Source: Epiperipatus broadwayi (lineage: Eukaryota > Animalia > Onychophora). Taken from it: a DNA stretch of 64,000 nucleotides. The position numbers and the translations under genes are program-made. The notes under the pieces were generated by a model. It did no database searches and had not been told where the DNA came from. It saw only the letters and a list, made by a program, of their open reading frames with translations. This document shows, piece by piece, positions 25,918 through 39,709 of the stretch (position 1 is the stretch's first letter; each line of letters starts with the position of its first letter). The stretch lies in NCBI GenBank assembly GCA_028023455.1, contig JAQFVV010000001.1:31434001-31498000 (forward strand), in the 5' to 3' direction.

Positions 25918-26722
25918 TATTGGTTGAGTAGGCACTAAATTGGGGATTTTGTGTACTAACCTTCTGATGTCCATTGATTACTCTAACTTGCACTGGTGGT
26001 GCTATTGTTTGGATATTTTGGCCTTTATATAAAACAGATTGTGTAAGCATATTAAATGGTGATCATATGATGTTTATTGATTTAAAACCAATCCTGACAA
26101 TAAGATTATGTTGACTGTGGTTATTAAAGAACTAAAGATACCAAAATATATGGATGCTGAATTGAATTCACATCCATACAACTATACAAGTTAAAGATCT
26201 TGAATTGAAAACATTATTGTGTTTTTATTTTGGACTCAAAGCTTTATAGCTAGCTAATGTGGTAAAAGATGGTTGCTGGAGGGTTGCAATAAATCCTAAG
26301 ATCTAGGTGCAGTGATTTCAGATCCAAGACTCCTCACTGAAAAAAGCCACAAGCTATAAACTTGTCTGGGAATATTGGATGAGTACTCACCAAATGAGGA
26401 TTTTATGCACTAACATTCTTGCATCCATTGATTACTCTGGCTTGCACTGATGGTGCTACTGTATGGTGAGTTTAGCGTCTGTGTAAAACAGCTTGTGTAA
26501 GCATAAGAAATGGTGCTCATACGATGTTTAGTGTTTTAAAAACAATCCTGACTAATAGAATTATGGTGATTGTTGTTATTAAAGAACCAAAGACACCAAA
26601 AAGTATGGATGCTGAAATCTTGAATTAAAAACATTATTGTGTTTTCATTTTGGACCCAAAGCTTTATAGTTAGCAAATGTGCAGAAAGGTGGATTTTGGA
26701 GAGTTGCATTAGATCCTAAGAT

Positions 26723-26827
26723 CTAGGTGCAGTGCTCTCAGATCCAGGTGCAGTACTCTCAGATCTAGGTGCAGTGCTCTCAGATTCAGGTGCAGTGCTC
26801 TCAGATTCAGGTGCAGTGCTCTCAGAT
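26723..26827 (+). repeat. 21-bp minisatellite, 5 copies
   Basis: (c/t)(c/t/a)aggtgcagtgctctcagat with agg at 26725, 26746, 26767, 26788 and 26809. Confidence 0.95.
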
Positions 26828-28299
26828 CCAAGGCTCCTATTGAAGAAAGCCACATGCTAGAAACTAGTCTGGGATTAGTGTATGACTAGGAGCTAGATGG
26901 GGATTTTATGATTAACCTTTTTGAATCCATTGACTACTCCTGCTTGCACTGGTGGTGCTACTCTCTGGAGAGTTTGGCCTCTGTGTAAAACAGTGTGTGT
27001 AAGCATAAAGATCATGTGATATTTAGAGATTATTTAAAATAAATTTTATTTAAATTATTTATTTGTTTGTGCAATCTTCACTTTATAATTTCATCTCAAT
27101 GCATACATAACCATTCTCTACTTGATTCTGATCATTCATGCTTTAAGCTAAGCAAAATAAAATTATTACCATGAAAATTGTGATAATGATGCCAGATGGT
27201 AATACATTCATAAGTGAAATTTTAAATCAGAGTTGTTGGAGCTCTGTAAACAATTATGAATAAATGTTAAGTTAGGTTTCAGAGATAAAATTAGCTTTAT
27301 AATGATCAGAAAATATAACCAAAATATTTTATATAAGAACATATAGGGTATATAAAGTTTGATCATCAGTATCAATATCTACTTTAATCATATTTAATTA
27401 ATTTAATTAACCCTGGGTAAATCAGTTATGTGCTAAAAATTATGTGAGTCATCAATATAAGCATCATCATCAAAAAGAGATGATGCTAATAAAATATATA
27501 AATTAAAAGAGTTTCATGAATTTTATAAACCTGAACACAGAACGTAAGATGGGAATTTTTGTACAATTGTCTAGATAAACTTCAACCATGATGTAATTAG
27601 GAAGAAATAAAAAAAACAATTAAAATTTGACAATTATAAAATAAAATCATGTAATTTAGTGATAATATTTTTATATGATTCATCTTTCAACTAAAAATAG
27701 GACTGCATTTGGAATAAGGACTCTATATAATATGAATATATTTTACACATATAAAGTGGAAGATTACAACTTCCTAAATATTTTTCCAAGTAAACAAGTC
27801 TCTTCTATGAAGTTCATGAAACAATCAGATGAATTTTATAGATTTTATAATGAAAATGATAAAAATAATAGAAATTTCCATATATTTATTTATTTAGAGA
27901 TACAAAAAGGCATTTGCTGTTAACTGGAAGGAGATCCTTTGATTTCTCCTGGAGGCCTTAAAGAAACTGAGCAGGGCAAATTCCTAATGTCTACTCCATA
28001 CTTTATTGTCATTGCAGCAGGTTTTATATGTGATTATTTATATAGTTTATGAACATGGATGAGCTGCTTACCAACATGCATTACTCAAGGTGGTGAATTT
28101 ATTGACTTTTTAAAAGATGAAGTAACAGCATAGTTTTTCTTTACAGTTGCTTGATAGCTCTTAACTGAAATATCAGTTGAGTTTTATTGAAGAAAGAATG
28201 GATGTGTGTGTTATTGAAATCTTTTTATTATATTCAATTATGGCAGACAAAAATAAATCATGACCCTTATTTTCAGGAGGCTGTAAAGTCACCAGCCAA

Positions 28300-31090
28300 G
28301 GTGGCAGTCTCCTAATTGTAGACACAAACTGTGATTTGATGACAACCACTTAATTAGGTAGTTACAATTGCAGATCTTTTTCAAGTGAAAAAAGATTGCA
28401 AAAACTATATGGGTCATTATTTGTCTTTGTGAAATAAGAATAAAATGAAGAGACAATTGATCTAAAAACATGGGTGTGTACTGTACTACAAAGGCACAAA
28501 TATTGGAAGTACAAATAGAGTAGGATTCATTATAAATAAAAATTGGACCAACAACATTGTCTAGATTGATGGTATATCAAACAGAGTGGCATGAATAATT
28601 ATTCAATTTAATATTAGATATCAAATGCAGATAATTCAAGTATATGCCCATCAAGTTTTCATTGTGATGTAGAAGTAGAGAATTTTTATAAGGATGTATA
28701 AAAGGCTTTTGATTACAGCAAACAATATTTTAAAGTTGTCATGGGAGACTTTAATGCTAGAATTGGCAAACAATTGAAAGATGAAAGTGATGTAGGTAAA
28801 TTTGGTTATGGTGATAGAAATGAGAGAGGCAATAAACTTGTGGAACTTTAAAAAAGAAAAATAAATGTTTTATTATTCTTTCTTTGGGAAAAAGTGTTAA
28901 ATGTACATGGACATTAAGCATCCAACTGAAAGTACAGAAGAATTGGATTATATTTCAAAATTGTAATATTCTTAATAAATAATTCAACACAGAGAGTGAT
29001 CATTTATTCATGAGATATAAGATACCTACTAATACAAACTAGAGAGACAAAAATTATTTTAAATAAACAATATTCACAGTTGATATTCTTCATTTTCAAA
29101 AACATTCCAATGAATTTAAATTAGAAGTTATGAATTGTTTTCAAATATTAACAGATGTTGAATATAATTGAGATTGGAACGAAATCAATAGGAAGATAAC
29201 TGATGCATTATTAATTTTTTAACCAAAGATAGCTGGTTCAAAAAAAAGCAACTAATTAGTAAAATTTCTACTGAGACAAGAATTTATAAAGAAAAATTGA
29301 CTCTGCAAATATATAAAAATAAAGGATTCAGTATCTCAAATTTTATAAAATGATGTGAAAAAGAATTGATATTGATATAAGAAAATATAATCTTGAACTA
29401 ACAAGGAATGCTAGAAAAAAGAATAAAAGTCTGGAGAGTGTAAAACAACATTTTGGTATTGATATGAAACTTATTTTTTCAATAAAAATAAAATGGAACT
29501 ATTGCTACAAAGAGAGATGACATAATGAAATAAGTAGAAGAGTTCTATTAAGAATTATATAGCAATAAAGAACAAGAATATGCCCTTCTATAACTACTAT
29601 ATCTTCTGAATTACATAGGATTTAAATAAAGTAGTGAAATATACAATTAAATTTATGAAGAAGGGGAAAACTCCACATATTTATGGAATTATAATTGATA
29701 TCTTAAAAGAAACAGGTGAAAAACTAGAAATTTTTTAACAAAGACATATACCAAATATCTAAATGATAAAAGTGTATCAGATGATTGGAACATACAGTAT
29801 TAATATTAATATTTAAAAAGGTAAAAAAAAGATATTAGAAATTACAAACCTATCAGAAAAATCAGTTCTGTTCAAAATTTTTACCAAAATAATTACATCT
29901 TCAATGAACTTTGGATTTTAACCAACCAACTAAAAGACCAAGCTGAATTTAAAAGTGGTTTTAATATAATGGATCATATCTATGTATTGAGAGAAGTTAT
30001 AGAAAGAACCAATGAATATGAGTTGTTATGCTTTGGATTTGTAGATTATGAAAAGGCGTGTGATTCTATAAGCATTTCTTTGGTAATTAAAGCATTGGGA
30101 TATCAAACTATAGATTCAGGATATAGTCATACACTGAAGAATATTTATGAAAATGCAAAAACATCAATTAGATTACATAATGATATTAAAAACTGTAACA
30201 TTGACATGGGTGTACAACAAGGTGACTCCATATCTCCAAAACATTTTACAACAATTTTGAAAGTATTTTGTGGATTAAAAAAGGAAACTAAGTAAATAAA
30301 AGTAAATAAAGATTATTTAAATCATTTTGATTATGCAGATAGTGTATTTGTTTTTGCAAATTATGCTTTACAGCTTTGGGAAATATTACAAAAGTTTTCA
30401 GATGAAAGTAAGAAATTAGGATTAAAAGTAAGTGTTAAAAAGTCTAAAGTAATGTTCAATGGATTTTCTCAAAAGAAGAAAATAAAGATTGAAAATGATG
30501 AGTTAGAAGAAATTAACGATCAAATATCTTGGTCAAATTGTTACTACAGATGGAAACAATGAATATAATTAATCAAAATTAAATTTGATTGGAATGCTTT
30601 TAATAGAAATAACTTAATATTAAAAGGAAATATGTCAATATGTCTGAAAAGGAAGTTTTTTAATAAATGTGTTCTATCAGTTCTTACTTATAGATATGAG
30701 ATTTGGACAATTAACAGAAGAGCAATACCAAGACTTTAGACCATTCAACAATGTAAGAACAGATGCTTGTTATGAGTAACAAGAAAAGATAGATAATGAA
30801 ATTTCTTGGATGAAAAAATAAACAAGTGTTACTTATACAATTAAAAAAAATTAAGACACTGGAACTGGGATAGATATATTGTTAGATGAGATGATAATAG
30901 ATGGACTGTTAAAATTTTAAATTGGATTCCAAGAAATTGTTAAATATCTAGAAGGAAATCATGTGAGATGGATGAATGAAATAAGAAAGTGTGCTGTGAT
31001 GATGTGAAGAAGAAAGGTTAGTGGTCAGAGAAGATGGATTAAACTTGGAGAGATCTTCATTCTGCAGTGAATCAATAATAGTTGAAAATA
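28300..31090 (+). mobile_element. Degenerate RTE-clade LINE
   Basis: Endonuclease MGDFNARIG (28741) and FGYGDRNERG (28801). RT FVDYEKACDSI, GVQQGDSISP (30209) and YADS (30332). Many stops. Confidence 0.9.
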
Positions 31091-34000
31091 ATGTTTTAAT
31101 TAGATGAAGTTTTATAATTAAACAATAAACAATTAAAACTGGCAATTACAACAGAAATCACTATTTATCTAGCAATAGTATTTTTTGTATAATTTACTTT
31201 TCAACTAAAAAGGAAACTATTTATAGCTTAATATCTATATATTATAAGAATTGAAGATCAGACACATATACTTTATAAATATAAAAACTGGACGATGCAC
31301 AATTTCTTAGATATTTTTCATATTTAAATAAATCTCTTATATAAAAAATATATACTCATAAGATGATTGTTATGGAGTTTGTTAATAGAAGCATTAAAAT
31401 CTAATAAGAATTTTCATGTAATTAGTTAAATAGACAAACAATTAATTAAAATATATTATCTAGTAATGGTATTTTTGCCTGACTTAAAATCCCATTACCA
31501 CGGTCTAAAAACTTTGAGTTCTGTCAATGTATTGAATCATGGAAGATAATATAGCCGACAAAAATCTTTTTAATTAGCAACTATCACCCTCTATGGAAGA
31601 GTCTTGTATACTTGGAAAAGTGTCTACAAGTTATCTTTCGATTTTTACACATATTGAACCTCTAATCTTTATAATATCTAGATTACTAAACTAAAAACAG
31701 TTCAATTTTTAAAAATGAGTCAAATACAAATACTATTAGTACATGATGTGTTTTTAATTTAAAATTATTTGTTTTAATTGATTGTTTCTTGTTCTAATTA
31801 CATTATAGTTGAAATGTTAAATAAATTTTCAAAATTTTTCATTATACTTTCAATGTTTATATCAATAATACCTGTGAAATTATTTTTTTAATTAATATAT
31901 AAATATTCTTAGAAGAGATTTGGAATGAAATTGTAATCTTTCTGTTTTTATATACACAAGGTATATGTATCTGACTTAATACTCTTATAATGTCTAGAGC
32001 AGTATCTTAAAAGTGATTTAACTTTTAATTTAAAAGTAATTCAGATATTTATTACCAGATGATATGATTTCAGTCTATAATTTCCCGTTTAATTAGTTGT
32101 TTGCTGAATTACAATTTTTGTTAAAATTGTCTAAGTAAATATATGGAAATTCTTGTTATTATTTTCAATGTTTATTCACATGACATACTCTTTAAATAAA
32201 TTACTTTATGTAGAAAATATAAATTGTAAATTTTTAAATTTCTTTTAAATAGCTAGGATTGAACATTTATTAAAAAAATTAAACAAAAGTCTAGTTTTAA
32301 ACATTTAAAGTAAATTATATTTTTCAGCGAAAGCTCTAAAGATTATTACCGTCTTTAGAAAGTTGGAAAAAGGATATTGTCGTCCATGATAAATGGAAGT
32401 TAATCCATTGAATTTTCAGACTTATGTAGATCATCAGATGATGCACATAACGAGTGGTAAATATTTTACAGTAGAAATTTATAAAGCCTGACCATAACAA
32501 AAATAATTTCATTAAATTAATCCAGAAAATCCCTAAATTACAAAATTAATATGAATTAAAATAAAAAAGGAAACATTAAAAAATAAAATTCTGCTAAGTG
32601 AAAAAGATCTTCAAGTGAACAATTATGTCAATCCAAGTATTATATAGAGTAAAAAAATGCTCTTAAATGTTAAATAATTAATAAACAGGTAGCAAAAAAA
32701 AAAAAAAAAAACAATTTGCCACGATTAACAAAATTAGTTCTGACTTTAAATAAATTTGAAGAGAAGATCAGCAAAAACATACACTCATATGTTAGAGAAA
32801 TTGAACAACAATATATGTAAAATTGGGATGAAATTATTGATAGTTAAACTCAAATACAACACAAAATATGGAAGACAAATTTTAGAACTGCTTTCAAAAT
32901 AGCTGTGAAACTGTATTTGAATATAGATTATGATTAAAAAAAGTTGTTTTTCAAATGCAAACTTAATAAAGACACAAAGTAGCATTAGAAGACACAATAA
33001 AGAATGGATTTTTATATAAACTGATAAAGCATTTAAAATACAGTTTTGGAAAAACAAAGCTTTTGAAAAATGAGTTGAAATAACTATTCATTTAGAGAAT
33101 GTGTTAAAAACTTTAAAATTTGCATGAATTTGATACTTCCATTAAATAAGAAAGGAGGAAAAACGAATTTACTATGAGTTTGAAAATAAATGAATAGTAA
33201 AATTATATTGAAATCTTAAGATTGAAAAGGTGTAACTAATCAAAATTAAAATAAAAACATCAATCTCATAGCAATATGGATACAATTCTAGCACTTGATG
33301 TGTTGTAACTGTGAATATAAATATCAATAAGTCACAGAGAATCTGTATAGCTAGCACAAGAAATAATTTTTCAAGAATAGAATAGAGAAGGAAAAAGAGA
33401 TAATAAAATAAGTAAAGAGAAAGGAAAGCTCATAATAAACAAGGCAACAAAACCAAAATATAAAGGCAAATATAATAACAAGAAATAAAAATAATGTGAT
33501 ATTATTTTGGGATATAAATTAAAGATTTGAAACTGCTGGATTAGAATAAAGACAATAAAGAAGTAAAAAATAAGGATCTGAAAATTTGGAAAAAAAAATG
33601 CAATTCTGATACTAAAAAGATCTACATTGATATAGAGAAGATTTGATGAAAGAAATTATATTAAAAATTATTGTGAAAAATAAGAAGAAAGAAGATATCT
33701 GAATGATGCTTAAATGCAGAAAAATAGATGCAAAGATTACTCTTTATGTAAATAAATTTATTACTTCTTATTAACCTCTTCACTATAAAAGACAAAAAAT
33801 ATATATACAGATAATCCTAATTTCCCAATGAATCACAAAACAAACAACAGTGATCAATATTATAATAATACCATCTGCATTAAATCATATTTTTGTGAGT
33901 TCATGAGAAACATATTTTTAAAACTATCATCAAATCTTACTCTTTCTTCTTATATAGATATCTTTAATTGCAGCAAATGGTGCATTTCTACAATTCCTTA

Positions 34001-35499
34001 TACAAAGACTTTAGACTTGAAAATTTAATTAAAATAAATGAGTATTGAAGGAAATTTTTCAGTTAGTATGTTATCATTTTTCCACATGCAGTCTAATGAA
34101 AAAAAAACAGTTCTTCCTTTTGAGATCAGGATTATTTAACTGTGTTATAAAATTTGATATCTTAAATATCATGCTTAGAATTAAACCATGATTATTTTTG
34201 CATCAATAGCCAGCATTATTATAGAATATAAGACAAAACAGAAAACAGAACATGTAAATAAATGTAAGATATAAATGATCTAAAGAATCAACTAAATCAC
34301 CAAGAAATAATTTATGGAAAAATCCCATGCTCTTGACATTTTTGCAAAACTTTTCTACATAGTTAATTATATTATAACATTTAAAAATATACCAAATGTA
34401 CCATATATTATAATCACAAACATTTAAAAGATTATATTTAAAATAATAAAAAAAGATCAAATGATAAATAAAATTTAACACTGCATAATTAATCAAATTA
34501 TTAATGTAAATCACTCTACTCCAAAGAGATTCGATGATTTAGATACAACTATTTTGGTCCTATTTCTATAAATTATTTGGCTAAAATAGCTTAAATGCAA
34601 TAAATGCATTACATATGCAGTTCAGAGATTAATTTAAAGAATTATATAAGTACTGTCACAAATCATACCAATTATTACCATTTATTTGTGATTTTGCTTT
34701 ACTGAAAACATTTTTGTTTATTCAGATAAAATTTAAGATTTAATTTTTTTACCAAGAGTACAGTATTCATGAGATAAAACACCACACATAAGTATACAAG
34801 GGATTTCATTTTATATTACAAGATGAAAAGCAACTCACATCTATGGATACCCCATTGCAATTGGCTTAATTTGAATTTGAACTGACTTTTTTTCTATTTC
34901 ACTTAGTGCAATCTCATCTAATTTTGATCACTGATTTAGATTCATCATTAGACATTTCATTTTGAATTGAATAGTTTTTTACAAACTTTTAGTAATAAAA
35001 TGATAATAAGTGATAGTGAGAACTTTATCAATTTTTATGTTTCATTTCAAAATAACTATCTTGAATGTTAGAAAAAAACAATACAAAATAGAAAATTCAT
35101 TCCATAATCACAATTATTTATATATACTCATGAAAACTAACATAACTAATAAAGCTCTGCAAAATGCACTCAATTTACTAAAAAAATAATATATCATACT
35201 ACTCAAATGTTAATGTAATAGTGAAAGCAGTATGCTTAAGAGCTTTTAGTTCATTCCCCAGATTAGAGAAAGTTAACAAATACCAATTGATACAATTGCA
35301 TGAAATTCATATAATAATCATGTTGTTTTTGTAATACTTTTAAAACCCATGATTTTCCTAAAAAATGACCTTATGTAGTAAGTTTGATTAAAATGAGAAT
35401 GTCCCTTAAAAAATTTCCCATACAAGTTAATTCAATTGCATTTTTTTAGTATGCTCTATATTATATTCTATTTATTTCCCAACTAAAACTAAAGATTTA

Positions 35500-37200
35500 T
35501 CAACTGTAATTCTTAATTGCAAAGTATAATTTGGCAATTTTTTGTCTTATCATTCTATCGTGACTTCAGTTGTAGATATATATCTCTGATTTATAATTTT
35601 AAATGTAACACGTTGTATTCTAAATGTAATTGCTTCTACCATTTTATATCATTTATTAATAATGTTAATGAAAAATCATTTACTGAACTTTTTTATCCTT
35701 ATTCACAATCTTTGTCACTTTTATTCTTAGTTGTATGTACACACAATGAATGCCACTATTTTCACATATAACAGATATTCATATCAATATTAACACTTCA
35801 ATGATAAATCATTTATTACTGGTTTAACTACTGATTATGAACCTAACTTTATAATAGAAGCTTATTATTTGTGTTTACTTCTGTAGCATCTTATTTCATA
35901 AAAGCTTGAACTTATCTATAACATAATATGTGTTCATCTAGATTATGAATCAGTCATTAATTATCTTATCAAAATTCATACAGAAGATATCAATAAAATC
36001 TGTTATAAATTCTTCACAATTGATTTACTAAGAAATCTACAGTCATTTTATTAAATAAATCCAACAAACTATATATTGGTAAAGTAATTGATATCTTTTT
36101 AAATATCTTATTAATGATTCTAAGGAATATCTTCCACTAGTTACTAAAATTTAGTTCAATCAGGATTATGATAATATTATTATATCTGTATTTTATGTAA
36201 ATTCTTTCTTATTTGATATCTAAAACAAGATTAATGAAAATGAGTGTATCAAACATTTGATTATTCCATAATGGAAAAGATGCCTTTAGAAATATGATGG
36301 CTAAAAATGAACATTATGTTAACTTTAGACTATTACATCATCAATATAAAAATGTGATCTATATCTTATTAACATATAATTATTATAATCAATGGCTAAA
36401 GTAAACTTTAAATCAGATTTTGATATCATTAATTGGAATTCATTTTCATTGATTTTCCTAAATATTATTTCTCAGCACTCATAACTACTAATTATACAAA
36501 AAGAGTATATTGTCTGACAACATTCTCTATCTTAAACAAACACTTCTCATGCAACTTATCTTAAATCCTGTTTATTTTTTATTTTTGTACTTTGATTCAC
36601 TCATAAAACTATGATCAGTCCATACAAGAAATTTATTCTTGTAATATTTATATATTCTTTATTTCAAAAATAACATTTTTTTCTGAAATTCTTTGCTAAT
36701 GTTAAAAGTTTTTTGAGTACAAAGAAAACCTTATACACTTTACTGAAGTAAAGATTATCAACCATCATCAGCATATTGAAGCAAAAGTTTTGAAGTACAA
36801 AGTTCATGATTGTTACTATTTAGAAAGTAAATACAAATGAGGTTATAACATTGATGATTTGCTCTGAAGTTGTACTTAGATTACAATAGCCAATAACTTA
36901 TAGAAATTTTGAATGGCTAATTCCATTAAAGGCTTGTTGGTGAAAAATCTTAATTCAGTTAATAGAATGGATTGACATGCTTAGCTTATCATTTAGCTAC
37001 TTGAGTGTCCATGCCTTTAGAGTAAATGACATATAATTATATGTCAATTTAAATAGCATTTTAGGCAGAATATAAACAATATGTTCAAAAGCATTTCAAA
37101 ATGGTAGATTTTTTTGTTGGAAATTTTTAAAGAGTTGGGGGTAATATTCTCGCAAGAAAAAAGTTTCTTGTTAAACCAAATCTTAAAATTAATAACTTTT
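35500..37200 (+). mobile_element. Possible very old LINE remnant
   Basis: DNYYICIL (NYRPIS-like, ~36170) and DFDIINW (AFD.I.W-like, ~36415) in RT order; otherwise unrecognisable. Confidence 0.3.
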
Positions 37201-38739
37201 GAATAAGCCTTCATTTAGTCCAAATTAGAAACTTTAAAACTGAATCAAATCATAAAAAAAAATGAGTATAATAAATCAGTCATATTATTAGCTGAAGCCA
37301 ATGTGTTAATATACATATAATTATTAAAGAATAAATAAAAAGCATCTTTAAATTATTAATTAATATTCTAATTTGAAATAATGTATATTCTAAGAATTCT
37401 TGAAAAGAAATTTGATTAAAATTATTGATATGCAAATTATAACATTTAAATATCAAATAGTTTGGCACATAATAAATGCTTGGTTGATTTTATATTTTTG
37501 TATTAACATTTATTATATTTTATTTTTTAATCATTTTTAGCAGCAAACTGTAAATGTTATGATAATTTTTTTTTTTTCTGCTTTTTAAATTACTTATTGC
37601 TCACTACAATAATTTTCATTAGATTTATATTTTTAAACTTAATTTGTAATGAATAAGAATATTTGTCAGGTAGGTTAAATAAATCATTTTCACACTTATA
37701 ATTCACTAATCACATCTGTTTAAAGACCTTAATGCATCTTCCAAGAGCATAAAAAGGAAATAAAAATGGATTTCAATGTTGAACTATCTTTGCAATCACT
37801 CACCTTCTTTAATAGCTCTTTGATGTTTCAAAAAATCTGCAGGACTAATAATATTAGCTCTAAATTTCCTCAAGTTTTGAAAAGCTACTAACAACCCTCT
37901 AAAACATGATCAAAATCTTGAAAACACATTTCGTATCCAATTTTGTTATATAAACAATTTAATGAGTAGAGAATTTTTTTCATTAGAGTTTGTTTATAAT
38001 TTAGGTTACAGATATTTCAAAATTACTTATTTAAAAATAGCGAATGTAATTATTATATTTTTTGATAATAATATACTATATATGTGTGTGATAAGTTTTT
38101 GATGTTCACTAGATTTAATATTTTAAAACATAAGGTAACTATTTGTTTTGGTTCGTGATAGCAGTCTTATTTTGTCTGCGTGTTTACGACATTAAAATGC
38201 TTTTTTCAATATTTTTAAATTGTTTCATTGACTTAAAAATTAGAGAATGGATTTTAAGCTCATATTGCTGATTTTCTGATTTAAAATATTTGGAAAATGT
38301 TTTTTAATTTATTTTTCTATTTATCATTGATTCTTTTTTATTCTTATATTTTTCACACCTTGTTGATTAATCTTAGAAGACTAATTATTGTTAGTAATTA
38401 TTTAAAATTTTGTAGTAAATAATTTGTTATCAGCTTCTTTATGTACAGTATAATGTTAATATTATCATTAGATAATCTAATTGATATCTTATTTTTTTTT
38501 ATACTAAAAGCTTTATAGATATATATTTTTAGGATTTTTAAATAACTTCAACTAAAAATAATAAATGTAATTCTTTTCTCATTTATTTCAGCAATTTAAA
38601 GTTTGAATTATCATTAAACAATTTTTCAATTAATCTTTCATTTTCCTCATATGCGTTTTATCCCTTAATTATCAGTTAGCACGAGTCCTCTTGTAATTGC
38701 ATTAGTCTAATAAATAAAGGCTAATGGCTTTATTGCTCA

Positions 38740-38850
38740 GGAATTTATAAGAAGTTTGTGTGCCCCAGAATTGATCCTGGGACCTTGATCCCAAGTGGAT
38801 GCTCTATTGCTGTGTCAAATCACACAGAGTAGACTACCCATAATATTATT
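38740..38850 (-). mobile_element. Possible decayed tRNA-derived SINE head
   Basis: Minus strand reads GGTCCCAGGATCAATTCTGGGG, a B-box/T-arm-like sequence with CpG decay. Confidence 0.3.
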
Positions 38851-39292
38851 TTTGCTTCAAATTTAGTCTCTTTATTAGATTTATTATTACTTCTATTACA
38901 TTTTGTTTCCATTTCCTATCTTTCTTTTTATTGCATCATGTTCTATAATATCTAGTCTTTTCTTCTTCATAAAAATTGTCATATGTACATTGGTTATAAA
39001 TCTAAAGATAAAGACTTATATTCATAGGAGTCATCAACATATTCTTGGTGCATTAAATGCATGGAGTATTTATTTAATAACAATCAATGTTTGATCATAT
39101 AATTATATTCTAATCTGTGATTATGGAGTTGGAGGTGTGTTGTTTTTTTTGTTTCTTATTTGTCTTTTCATGTTAACCTATGAAACAAAAGCTAAATTAT
39201 AATTTAGAGATTCAATGATCAAAAAAAAAATATCATTATTGGTTACTTAAATTTCATTAGATGAAAATAATGAATAATTTTATTTAAATTCG

Positions 39293-39709
39293 AAATGTTA
39301 CATAATGAGTTTGCAAATAGCTCTTAACAAGCTTTTCAGAATATCCCCAACCTCAAACCAGTTTCTGCTACTGGCAACCTCAGTGAGATGCTAGGGTATT
39401 CAAGTATTAGATTTAAAATACCAAGACAAGCCCATCACTATATCTAATGGATAACTATTAAGTAAAAAATCTGAAATTTTCAGACATCCATATGCCCTCC
39501 AATACAGCTATCTAATTTAAGTTAGATAACTGGATTGGAAGCTTAATAGTTATCCATTAGATAAAATGCTGGGTTTGGCTTGATATTTTAAATCTAATGC
39601 TTGAATATCCTAGCACCTTACTGAGGAACCAGTAGCAGAAACCAGTCTGAGGTGGGGATATTCTGAAAAGCTTGTTAAGAACTATTTGCAAGCACACTAT
39701 ATACCATTT
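39293..39709. mobile_element. Palindromic element with ~170-bp arms, each carrying a type I HHR
   Basis: Arms 39293-39462 and 39542-39709 are reverse complements. HHR on minus at 39349-39390 and on plus at 39614-39654. Confidence 0.85.
39614..39654 (+). ncRNA. Type I hammerhead ribozyme motif (helix II damaged)
   Basis: cacctta CTGAGGA accagtagca GAAA CCAGTC tgaggtg: 7-bp helix I and GUC site ending at 39647. The opposite-arm copy has an intact TGC/GCA helix II but A9>T. Confidence 0.7.

Larger units (their letters stand above)
25240..27010. mobile_element. Retrozyme-like tandem array (~455-bp monomer with type I HHR), head-to-head inverted
   Basis: Left arm 25240-25845 (HHR on minus at ~25355-25397 and ~25808-25848). 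Right arm 25880-27010 (HHR on plus, cores at 25882, 26337 and 26840). 34-nt spacer. Confidence 0.85.

Noticed and set aside
26723-26827. CRISPR-like repeat
   Set aside because: The 21-bp units are contiguous with no spacers, there are no cas genes, and the context is eukaryotic.
27900-28200. GC-richer stretch with a semi-open frame (GDPLISPGGLKETEQGKF...)
   Set aside because: Stops in all frames and no family recognised; left unannotated.
32331-32460. CpG-containing exon-like segments and a minus-strand CTGATGA..GAAA
   Set aside because: No convincing helix I or II, and the candidate reading frames are short and unrecognised.
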